Shown in pieces: positions 52,519 through 60,801 of a stretch of DNA of 64,000 nucleotides (its first letter is position 1; the number at the start of each line of letters is the position of its first letter). The DNA is taken from assembly GCA_041752695.1 (NCBI GenBank), contig JBGSVZ010000027.1:1-64000 (forward strand). The letters are read 5' to 3'. This stretch comes from Terrimicrobiaceae bacterium. Its GTDB lineage: Bacteria > Verrucomicrobiota > Verrucomicrobiia > Chthoniobacterales > Terrimicrobiaceae. The notes below the pieces were generated by a model. That model worked only from the letters and a program-made list of their open reading frames with translations, was not told where the DNA came from and searched no databases. Made by a program: the position numbers and the translations under genes.

Positions 52519-53250
52519 TCAGGGCTCGGACCGCGGCTTGACGGCGGCCAAGGCCCTGTCGTTCGTTTGGACAGCCGAAGCCGCCACCGCACCACGGATG
52601 CGATCCTCCGCGATGTCTAGAGCGAGTTCGTTTTCCAGTGTGGTACGAGCCTGCTCGAATGAAACTTCCGCGAACTCGGATTTCCTAGCTTCGTAAGCCT
52701 GCCGGATTTTCTCCTCCGAAATTTCGGCCTCTTCGGCCAGCTTCTGACGAAGTTGATAAGCCGATTCGCTGAACTGGATGTCATAATAGACGTCTAGGGC
52801 GTATTGCTTGGGACCGTAGATCACGGTTTGTGGCGGGACGGCGGCCGCGCGGCGGGCGTTTTCCTTGCTGAGCTGCTCACGAAGCTTCGGGAAAGACGGC
52901 TCGGCGGGAAGGCCGAGCTTGGCGGCCCAGACGAGCTGCGTCTTGATCCGCCGGAGCTCGCTCAGGGTCTTTTCGCGAAGCAAAACGATGGGAGAGTTGG
53001 GATCCCCTGTGTCAGCCCAGTACCCTGCGCGATCTTCCAAGGCATACTCCCGAAAAAAATAATCCACCACCGACGGCATCTGACGATGCATGATCAGTTT
53101 GAACTCCGAGGCTGGGATTTCGATTCCACTGACTGTCGCCACGATCGGATCGGGATTCACCGGCCCCGCCCCGCCGGCGTCTGCAGCGGCCGCGAGGCGA
53201 TGCCCCGCGGATAAGAGCAAAAACGCGGCGAGGACGGCTCCTAATTTCAT
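52519..53250 (-). CDS. Secreted SurA/PrsA-N-like helical chaperone (LnbY-like candidate)
   Basis: Signal peptide; IVATVSGIEI..SEF start typical of SurA/PrsA N-domains; EISEEKIRQAYE...SFEQAR; no parvulin catalytic motif; 6 nt downstream of the beta-helix gene. Confidence 0.6.
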   Translation of the reverse strand: MKLGAVLAAFLLLSAGHRLAAAADAGGAGPVNPDPIVATVSGIEIPASEFKLIMHRQMPSVVDYFFREYALEDRAGYWADTGDPNSPIVLLREKTLSELRRIKTQLVWAAKLGLPAEPSFPKLREQLSKENARRAAAVPPQTVIYGPKQYALDVYYDIQFSESAYQLRQKLAEEAEISEEKIRQAYEARKSEFAEVSFEQARTTLENELALDIAEDRIRGAVAASAVQTNDRALAAVKPRSEP

Positions 53251-53256
53251 GATCTG

Positions 53257-56200
53257 CTAAGGCTGGTATTCGAACTTGTCGATCCCCACGAAGTTCCCGG
53301 TCGAACTTGTGTTCCTGGTTTCCACGACAGCCCTCAAGGTGTTCAGTTGACTCGGCAGAGTTGCCGTTTCGTAGATCTTGAACTGGTTGATGACGGACGG
53401 CGAATAGCAATCCACGGTTTGCGTGAGGGTCCCATTCACATAGATCTTCAGCTTGCCGAGGTTCGAAGCCTTCTTGACGAACAAGCTCGCGCGGGTGCCC
53501 GTGAACTTAAACTCGACGTAGCTTCCTACAATGTTCGCCACGGACTTCGTCCCGTTGTAAAAAGTCGGGTCGGCGGGGAGTGTGGCATTGGGGGAGTGGG
53601 TCCAGTTGGAAGTTGCCGAATACGTCAGGCTGTAAGCAGGCAGGTTTGAGACTATCGGGTTGTCCACGGTGACGGGAGGCAATTGCGGTGAGGGGGCCAC
53701 GAACTTGACGCCGTCGGCGATGACATTGCCATTCGCCCCCGTATTGCTGACGGTTACGTTCCCCGCAGTCCCCGCAGCAAAAGGAAACGAGCCGAGCAGA
53801 AGCCAATCTCCGCCGTTGATGCGCTGGTTCATGATGAACTGCTGCGCGCCGGCGGCATGATTGACCGTCACCATGGCATTGGAGGCGTTCACGCTGTTCA
53901 TCGTGTGGCGGATATAGACCTTAAAGGTCGCGGCGAACGGCAGTGTCGGTGTGAATTGTACGCTCTTGGGGACACTCGCCGCGGTGTTGTTGTCGTGCCG
54001 ATAGTCCGTTCCATAATAATAATCCTGACTCCTCCCCGAGATCCAGGCAGCGGAATTAGGCAGAAGCGTCACCCCGGCGCTTTCCGTATCCAACTCGATG
54101 GAGACGTGATCCAAGGGTTGCACCGTTCCCGGTCCGCCCCGGGTCACGAAATAATCAAGACCGACATAGCTGCCCGTGGACGGCGATTGGCCTGCGACGA
54201 CCGTGGCGCGCAAGGTATTTCCAGGCCCGGCGGGAAACGCATTGGCTTCGTAGAGTTTCACCTGGTCCTTCGCGGTGCCGGAATAACAATTGACCGTAGC
54301 CACGACGGGCCCGCCGTTGTGGCTGAATGCCAGTTTCCCAAAATTCGGTCCTGTCTTCCCGTAAACCTCCACGGAGGTGCCTGAAAACGTGAACTCCATC
54401 ATGTTCCCGGGTGTGTTGGAATTGAGGCGTGTGCCATCGTAGGCGGCTGAATCAGGGATATGACTGAAGACGCCGGGTTGGGAGGCCGTTCCGGAGGGAG
54501 CGAATATTACCGACGCGTCGGTGGTATCGGTATAATAGGCAGCGGTGGGATCGGGATTCGATCCGCCTCCGGCCTCATGGGCACCGATATCGATGCGGCC
54601 CTGGTTGAGGCTGTTGCCCCAATAATCGTTCGTGGCCAGAACGACCGGCGTGGTGAGAGGGCGGCCGCGGTTGATGAGCGGGGACGACCCGAGGAGCTTG
54701 TAGGGATCGGCGATGTTTCTAAGAGCAGAAATTCTGTTCGCCGCGGGAACAATTTGAAAAGTTTGTGGATTAAATAACGCGTTGGGCGCATCACCTGTGG
54801 GGAACGGTCCCGCCATCTGCGGATTGGCGGTGATTTGATAGGGATCGTCCACATCGGGCGTATGACCGAAATAGGCATTGTTCGAAAACACGGGCCGTCG
54901 CGGATACGTGCCGCTCGATGCGTAAAAGATATTGTTGGTGAAATAGGACGATTCGACATCCTTGATATTGATTCCTTCCGGACGGTTGTTGAAAAACACA
55001 TTGTTGTGGATGTGTGCCGTGCTGACGCCGACCCGGGGATCGATGCCGAATTGGGATCTGGAGCCGGTATTTCGCCCGTCGTTGACGCTCACATTGTAAC
55101 GATAGACCACGGTCTTGGGTAGATTAGGCTGAGTGTCGGGACTGGCGACCTTGCGCGGCATGACAATTAATACTCCCCCGGCGTTTTCGTGGGTGTAGTT
55201 GTATTGAAAGATATGGGAATCCCAAGTGCCGTAGTCCACGTCGAAGGCCTGGGAATCGCCGCGGTTGATGCCTTGGTTCACGGTCCGCGCCACCTCGTTG
55301 TATTGGAAGAGGGAATTCCGGGTGTGGTAGCAGACCCACATTCCGGCCTGGGTCAGATTGTTATCTTGTTTGGCGTTGACTCCGGCATCGTACCCGGCGT
55401 TGTTCTCGATCAGCGGAGCATCGGCGCATTGGACGAGGATGTGGTCTCCGCCGGTCTTGTTCATGGTATTGTTGCGGATGATGAAGTTGTCGGCCCAAAG
55501 CTCCTTGGCGGTGGCATCCGCCACCGGATCGGTAACCGAACCGGCATAGTTCGAAGAGCCGACGGATTGGATGCTTAGGCAATGGGTGTCGTGAATGTAA
55601 TTACCCTCGATGAGGAGCCCATCCACCTTGACCCGCTGATTGGCAGATGTTCCGTTGAACCGCACAAAAATCGCCGCCTGGCTGTAGTTGTTGCCGTTTT
55701 CGCGGCCGGTCAGGCCCCAGACGTCGGTGATCTCGTTGTTGCGGATGATCACATCACGAAGCACCGTAGTTTGACCGGGAGGCGTGGTGGTCGACGAATA
55801 GAATTGTATATAGATGCCGCTGCGCGGCGCTTCAGTGGTGCCCGTGTGCGTGATCTTGAAACTTTCAAACGTACAATACGATGGGCTCTCCAGCAGGACG
55901 GCTGGCTCATTCGCGGATTGTCCCTGCAGGAGGGGGGCCGGGTCTGTCGCGATACCGTAGTCTTTGAATACCACCCTCGCCGTGCCGCTGCCTTGGCAGA
56001 CCGGATTCAGTCTTCCGGTCCAGGTCCCGCCTCTTTTGAAGTGAATGGTATCACCGGGACCAAACTTGACGCCATTGGGCTTGTTGAGCTTGGCATAGGT
56101 TTTCCAGGGGGTGGCCGTTGTTGTGCCTGAATAGCTGTCGAGGCCGTTCGCGGAATCCACGTAATAGTCAACCGCGACTGCAAAGGGAACGATTGCCACG

Positions 56201-56280
56201 GCGATTGTCGCGAAGCAAAGAGCTCTTAGGGGGCGAAGGTTCGTTCGGCAGGAAACTCTGCTTACGGAGTGATTTTTCAT
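53257..56280 (-). CDS. Secreted right-handed beta-helix glycan-active enzyme (GH136-like) with C-terminal CBM-like and golvesin/xanthan-lyase-CTD-like modules
   Basis: YYVDS..G.D...G.....PWKT start; IRNN/IEGN/FQYN beta-helix rungs; DSQAFDVDY..YNYTHENAGG; two F.F.GT...Y..K....GKL modules; NQRINGG.W..LG...IADGVKF module. Confidence 0.72.
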   Translation of the reverse strand: MKNHSVSRVSCRTNLRPLRALCFATIAVAIVPFAVAVDYYVDSANGLDSYSGTTTATPWKTYAKLNKPNGVKFGPGDTIHFKRGGTWTGRLNPVCQGSGTARVVFKDYGIATDPAPLLQGQSANEPAVLLESPSYCTFESFKITHTGTTEAPRSGIYIQFYSSTTTPPGQTTVLRDVIIRNNEITDVWGLTGRENGNNYSQAAIFVRFNGTSANQRVKVDGLLIEGNYIHDTHCLSIQSVGSSNYAGSVTDPVADATAKELWADNFIIRNNTMNKTGGDHILVQCADAPLIENNAGYDAGVNAKQDNNLTQAGMWVCYHTRNSLFQYNEVARTVNQGINRGDSQAFDVDYGTWDSHIFQYNYTHENAGGVLIVMPRKVASPDTQPNLPKTVVYRYNVSVNDGRNTGSRSQFGIDPRVGVSTAHIHNNVFFNNRPEGINIKDVESSYFTNNIFYASSGTYPRRPVFSNNAYFGHTPDVDDPYQITANPQMAGPFPTGDAPNALFNPQTFQIVPAANRISALRNIADPYKLLGSSPLINRGRPLTTPVVLATNDYWGNSLNQGRIDIGAHEAGGGSNPDPTAAYYTDTTDASVIFAPSGTASQPGVFSHIPDSAAYDGTRLNSNTPGNMMEFTFSGTSVEVYGKTGPNFGKLAFSHNGGPVVATVNCYSGTAKDQVKLYEANAFPAGPGNTLRATVVAGQSPSTGSYVGLDYFVTRGGPGTVQPLDHVSIELDTESAGVTLLPNSAAWISGRSQDYYYGTDYRHDNNTAASVPKSVQFTPTLPFAATFKVYIRHTMNSVNASNAMVTVNHAAGAQQFIMNQRINGGDWLLLGSFPFAAGTAGNVTVSNTGANGNVIADGVKFVAPSPQLPPVTVDNPIVSNLPAYSLTYSATSNWTHSPNATLPADPTFYNGTKSVANIVGSYVEFKFTGTRASLFVKKASNLGKLKIYVNGTLTQTVDCYSPSVINQFKIYETATLPSQLNTLRAVVETRNTSSTGNFVGIDKFEYQP

Positions 56281-56536
56281 TTTGGGGGGGCGGTCGGTGG
56301 GTCATGGTTTTTGATGGGAAAATATCCCCGGGATGTCACCGACCCTCGCGGGCTTAGCATAGGCGCGAATCTTGTCTCAAGAGGTTCCGCGCTTAACCGT
56401 TAACGAAACCTAATGCGGAAACGGATACCCAGGCATTGCAGCTCTTAGGCAATGGTGGGGCCGCCCCGATTCGTCGGCAGGTGCGGCGATCCGGCAGAAA
56501 AACAGGGCAAAACCAGCGCGGTGGCCTGCGACTGCG

Positions 56537-57583
56537 TCAGGGCGACTTCACACACCGAAACCCGAGGTGCTGCAAGGCGGTGTCGGGGCTGGTGCGGCTA
56601 CGACGGCCGGGTTGGTAACCCAGGCAATAGGTATCCGAGCAGAGGAACGAGCCGCCGCGCATGACTTTTTTTGGCAGGCCGGCTTCGTCGGGATCGTGAC
56701 TGTCCGCGGGCCCGGCGGGATTTTTTTCCGGGCTGTTTTTGTAATAATCGGGACGGTACCAATCGGCCGTCCATTCCCAGACGTTGCCGGACATGTCGTG
56801 GAGGCCGAAGGCGTTGGGCGGGTAGGACTTCACAGGGGCGGAGCGTGGCCATCCGTCCTCCGCGGAGTTTTTGGTGGGAAATTCCCCGGTCCAGATGTTG
56901 GCCATCATTTTCCCGTCGGTGAGTTTTTGGTCGCCCCAGACGTAGTTCTTGCGGTCGAGGCCGCCGCGGGCGGCGTATTCCCATTCGGCCTCGGTGGGCA
57001 GCCGTTTCCCCGCCCATTTGGCGTAGGCGGCGGCGTCTTCCCACGACACCTGAACGACCGGGTGATCCATCCGGTCGGCGAGGGAACTGTCGGGGCCCTC
57101 CGGGTGTTTCCAACTGGCCCCAGGCTGCCAGCGCCACCACTGGAAAAAATCCGTCAGCGAGGTCGCACGGGGAGGTTCGAAAAAAACGAGTGCGCCGGGT
57201 TCGACGGGTTCCTTGAGGGAGCCAATGAACTCCCGCGATAGCCCCGCAGAAAATTCCTCTGAGACGACGGGACGTTCCGCCACGGTGACATAACCGGTGG
57301 CCTCGACAAATTTTTGGAAGTCCGCGTTGGTCACCTCGGTCTGGTCCATCCAAAAGCCATCAAGGGTGACTTGGTGAACCGGGAGGCTGTCGGCGGGACC
57401 TGAGGCGTTGCCCATGGAAAACGTGCCCCCGGGCACCCAGACCATGCCGGGGGGGGGCTCGCCGGCAAGGGCGGAAAGCGGAAGGAGGAAGGCGAAAAGG
57501 AGGCCGGTTGGAGTCCAGCCTTTAGGCTGTCTGAAAACGGAGCAGGCTAAAGTTTGGACTCCAGCGAAAGCAGGAAATTTCAT
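56537..57583 (-). CDS. Formylglycine-generating enzyme (FGE/SUMF1 family)
   Basis: GGTFSMG, TEVTN, HPVVQVSWEDA, RLPTEAEWEYAARGG, GNVWEW, RGGSFLCSDTYC (both Cys retained), GFRC; ATG 57583 overlaps the anSME stop. Confidence 0.9.
   Translation of the reverse strand: MKFPAFAGVQTLACSVFRQPKGWTPTGLLFAFLLPLSALAGEPPPGMVWVPGGTFSMGNASGPADSLPVHQVTLDGFWMDQTEVTNADFQKFVEATGYVTVAERPVVSEEFSAGLSREFIGSLKEPVEPGALVFFEPPRATSLTDFFQWWRWQPGASWKHPEGPDSSLADRMDHPVVQVSWEDAAAYAKWAGKRLPTEAEWEYAARGGLDRKNYVWGDQKLTDGKMMANIWTGEFPTKNSAEDGWPRSAPVKSYPPNAFGLHDMSGNVWEWTADWYRPDYYKNSPEKNPAGPADSHDPDEAGLPKKVMRGGSFLCSDTYCLGYQPGRRSRTSPDTALQHLGFRCVKSP
57509..57563. repeat. REP-like palindrome inside the FGE signal-peptide coding region
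   Basis: TGGAGTCCA-GCCTTTAGGCTG ... CAGGCTAAAGTT-TGGACTCCA; outer 9 bp perfect, inner 9/12. Confidence 0.75.
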
Positions 57584-58833
57584 CGGAATTCGCGCATGAT
57601 TTCGGCCGGGGCGCGGCCCGCCTGAAGGAGAGAGCCCATCTGGCGCATGGCGGGGGCGGTGTGATGGAAGAATTTTTTGTAGCCGGAACAGAAATAGTTG
57701 AGTCCGGCCTCGCCATCCGGCGTGCGGATGAAGCGGTGCTTCGGGCATTCGCCGTGGCAAAGGTGGCGCACGTCGCAGGAGCGGCAGTATTGCGGCAGGG
57801 TGTCGGCTTTGTCGCTGCCGAAACGGCGCTGCTCGGCGGACCCCACCATTTCTCCGAGGCTCTGGTTGAGGACATTGCCGAGTTTATAGCGGGGGTAAAC
57901 GTAGTGGTCGCAGGAATAGACGTCGCCATTGTGTTCCATCGCGAGGGCCGTGCCACATTTTTCACTAAAAACGCAGAGCCCGCCACCGCTGCCGATGGTG
58001 TTGCCGAGGGTCACATCAAAAATCTGCACATACGTCTTGCCCACGTCGCGGCGCACCCATTCGTCGAAGATCGTGCTGAGAAACTCCCCGTATTGGCGGG
58101 GTTCGACGCTCCAGTCGGTGACGGGCAGGCGTTTTTGACCCTCTTCGTCAGCGCGGGGCGGCACGGCCAGATCGAGTCCGAGTTTGGTGGCCTCGGCATC
58201 GGCCAGGCGTTCCACCAGGGGGATGAATTGGATAAACCCGGATCCAATGTCGCGGAGAAACCGATAGACTTCCAGCGGCTTGCGGGCGTTGACCCGATTC
58301 ACCACGGTGAGGGTGTTAAAATCGACCTGGTGCTTCTTGAGCACGCGCAGGCCGGCCACAACCTTGGCATAGGTCGCCCCGCCTTTTTTGTCCACCCGGT
58401 AGGCGTCGTGGAGTTTGGCGGGACCGTCGATGCTCAGGCCGACGAGGAATTGGTTTTCCTTTAAAAAGGCACCCCACTCGTCGTTCAAGAGGGTTCCGTT
58501 GGTCTGGAAAGCGTTGGAGATGGCCTTCCCCGCGGCGTATTTTTTTTGCAGCGCGACGATTTTTCGGAAGTATTCGACGCCAAGAAGAGTTGGTTCCCCA
58601 CCCTGCCAGGCGAACCCGATTTCGGGAACGTCCTGCTGTTCGATATATTGACGGATGTAACTTTCCAGCACCTCGTCGCGCATCTTGAAGTTCTCGTTCG
58701 GGGGGAAAAGTTTCTCCTTTTCCAGGTAGAAGCAGTATTTGCAATCGAGGTTGCAAATCGGCCCGATCGGCTTCGTCATCACATGGAAGGCCCGGATTTT
58801 CCCGGGGGCGGAGGCTGTCTCGGACACGGTCAT
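57580..58833 (-). CDS. Anaerobic sulfatase-maturating radical SAM enzyme (anSME, AslB/ChuR family)
   Basis: CNLDCKYCFY, WQGGEP, QTNG, SIDGP, SPASM cysteines (YSCDHY, CRSC..CHGECPKHRF, NYFC). Confidence 0.93.
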   Translation of the reverse strand: MTVSETASAPGKIRAFHVMTKPIGPICNLDCKYCFYLEKEKLFPPNENFKMRDEVLESYIRQYIEQQDVPEIGFAWQGGEPTLLGVEYFRKIVALQKKYAAGKAISNAFQTNGTLLNDEWGAFLKENQFLVGLSIDGPAKLHDAYRVDKKGGATYAKVVAGLRVLKKHQVDFNTLTVVNRVNARKPLEVYRFLRDIGSGFIQFIPLVERLADAEATKLGLDLAVPPRADEEGQKRLPVTDWSVEPRQYGEFLSTIFDEWVRRDVGKTYVQIFDVTLGNTIGSGGGLCVFSEKCGTALAMEHNGDVYSCDHYVYPRYKLGNVLNQSLGEMVGSAEQRRFGSDKADTLPQYCRSCDVRHLCHGECPKHRFIRTPDGEAGLNYFCSGYKKFFHHTAPAMRQMGSLLQAGRAPAEIMREFR

Positions 58834-58951
58834 TCCTGGCAAGCATAGGAGGTCTCGGGAAAGAATGCCGCGCTTTTTTCACCGGGGCAGGACGGTTTTT
58901 ATTTGGCGGGGACGGCGAGCCCCGGCATACGGTAGGGAAACTACCACGATT

Positions 58952-60082
58952 ATGCCTGTTACCGCCAAAGGACTCGAAGGAATCATCGCCAACTCCACGC
59001 GGCTGAGCGATGTATTGGGACAAGAAGGAACGCTGATCTATTCGGGCTACAATATTAATGAGCTCGCCGGAAAAGCCACCTACGAGGAAATTGTCCACCT
59101 CCTTTATCACGGGCATCTGCCGAACGCGAAGGAGCTCGAAGACCTGAAGGAATCCCTCGCTTCCCAGCGGGAACTGCCAGACGGGGTCGTCAATTTTCTG
59201 AAAAACGCCCCGAAGAGTGCAAACCCCATGGATGTGATGCGCACGGCGGTCTCCATGCTCGGCCTCTACGACAATGAGACGGAAGTCGAAGGCGAGACGG
59301 CCTCGGCCAATTTCCGGCGCGCGCTCAGCATCACGGCTAAAATCGGGGTCATCGCCGCGTATTTTCACCGCGCCCGTCAGGGCAAATCCCTCCCCGCCGT
59401 GCGGAAGGACCTCGGAGAGGCGGCGCATTTTCTCTATCTGCTCAACGATGCCGAACCCACCGCCGACGCGACCAAAACACTCGACGTGGCCTATGTCCTC
59501 CATGCCGACCACGGGATGAATGCCTCGACCTTCAGCGCCCGCGTCACCATCGCAACACTCAGCGACATCTTTTCCGCCGTCACCTCGGCCATCGGAACCC
59601 TGAAGGGCCCGCTCCATGGTGGGGCCAATGAGGGAGTGATTCACATGCTCAAGGAAATTGGCGATGAGGACAAAGTGGACGCCTGGGTGGAGGAGCAACT
59701 GGCGCAGAAAAAAAAGATCATGGGCATCGGCCACCGGGTCTACAAAGTACTCGATCCCCGTGCGCCGCACCTGCGCGCCATGGCCATCAAGCTCAGCAAC
59801 GAACTGGGCGAGCCGAAATGGATCCGCATGAGCGAGCGCATTGCGGAGATCATGAAAGAACGCAAGGGGCTCAATGCCAACGTCGATTTTTACTCCGCCA
59901 CGGTCTATTATTCGCTGGGGATCCCCACCGACATGTTCACGCCGATCTTTGCCATCGCCCGCACCTCCGGCTGGACGGCCCATGTGCTGGAGCAACTTGC
60001 GGACAACCGCCTGTACCGCCCGCTCAGCGAGTATGTCGGTCCGACCGTGGGCAAGACGTTCGTTCCCGTCGAGGAACGTTGA
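58952..60082 (+). CDS. gltA: Citrate synthase (short type; 2-methylcitrate synthase not excluded)
   Basis: KGLEGI, HADHGMNAST, GPLHGGANE, GIGHRVYK..DPR, NVDFYS, R..GW.AH. Confidence 0.9.
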   Translation: MPVTAKGLEGIIANSTRLSDVLGQEGTLIYSGYNINELAGKATYEEIVHLLYHGHLPNAKELEDLKESLASQRELPDGVVNFLKNAPKSANPMDVMRTAVSMLGLYDNETEVEGETASANFRRALSITAKIGVIAAYFHRARQGKSLPAVRKDLGEAAHFLYLLNDAEPTADATKTLDVAYVLHADHGMNASTFSARVTIATLSDIFSAVTSAIGTLKGPLHGGANEGVIHMLKEIGDEDKVDAWVEEQLAQKKKIMGIGHRVYKVLDPRAPHLRAMAIKLSNELGEPKWIRMSERIAEIMKERKGLNANVDFYSATVYYSLGIPTDMFTPIFAIARTSGWTAHVLEQLADNRLYRPLSEYVGPTVGKTFVPVEER

Positions 60083-60124
60083 CCGTGCATTGACTGCATG
60101 CATTGGGGGCCATACTCTCCATGC

Positions 60125-60370
60125 ATGAAGATCACCATGAACATCGACGACGCCCTGTTGGAGCGTGTGATGGCGTTGTCCGGGGCGAAAACCAAGACGG
60201 CGGCGGTGGATTACGCCCTGCGGGAAGTGGAGCGCCGCGAGGTACGGATGAAGCTTTTGCGGGAAGGCATGGAGATCGAAAAACGTCTTGAGGGTTCGGC
60301 CTTCTTTCCAGGCTATGACGTGATGGCTGCGCGCATCGCGGAGAAAGAAGCCCGCTATGGTACTGATTGA
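60125..60370 (+). CDS. vapB: VapB-family antitoxin (RHH)
   Basis: MKITMNIDDALL......GAKTKTAAVDYAL; overlaps the PIN gene; CATGCAT/ATGCATG inverted repeat at 60097-60127. Confidence 0.85.
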   Translation: MKITMNIDDALLERVMALSGAKTKTAAVDYALREVERREVRMKLLREGMEIEKRLEGSAFFPGYDVMAARIAEKEARYGTD

Positions 60371-60746
60371 CAGTACGATCTACATCGATTGGCAACGGAA
60401 CCGACAGGGGCTGACGAGCAGCCTCCTCTATTTTACGGAGTGTTACGAAGTGGCGGTTTGCGGCGTGATTTGCTGCGAGGTGGGCAGCGGAATTCGTGAT
60501 GGTGCGCTGAGGCGAAGTTTGAAGGCCATCTGGCAAACCCTGATTTATCTTCCGACGGACAATCTGCTCTGGGAAGAAGCTGAGGAGTTGCTTTGGAATC
60601 AGGGGCGAGAGGGAAAAAGGATTCCCCTGGCTGATGCGATCATGGCGAGCTGCGCCAAACGGGTGGACGCGACGATTTATACGCGCGACGGGCATTTTGA
60701 TGCGATCCCCGGCATCCGAGTTGCTCACCGCCTGGAGGATTTGTAA
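60357..60746 (+). CDS. vapC: VapC PIN-domain toxin
   Basis: VLIDSTIYID, E(V)GSG, LADAIMASCA, IYTRDGHF acidic tetrad. Confidence 0.88.
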   Translation: MVLIDSTIYIDWQRNRQGLTSSLLYFTECYEVAVCGVICCEVGSGIRDGALRRSLKAIWQTLIYLPTDNLLWEEAEELLWNQGREGKRIPLADAIMASCAKRVDATIYTRDGHFDAIPGIRVAHRLEDL

Positions 60747-60801
60747 CCGGACCAGATAATAAGACTGTCCAACCCGGCCATTTCGCCTTTCAATTTTTCC
60801 C

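Noticed and set aside
56393..56403. TTAAC-C-GTTAA palindrome upstream of the beta-helix gene as an operator
   Set aside because: Too short to distinguish from chance, and unlike the 41536-52 operator.
39953..56536. Glycan locus as an integrative mobile island
   Set aside because: No integrase, transposase, tRNA target or flanking direct repeat was found. It is accessory, but mobility is unsupported.
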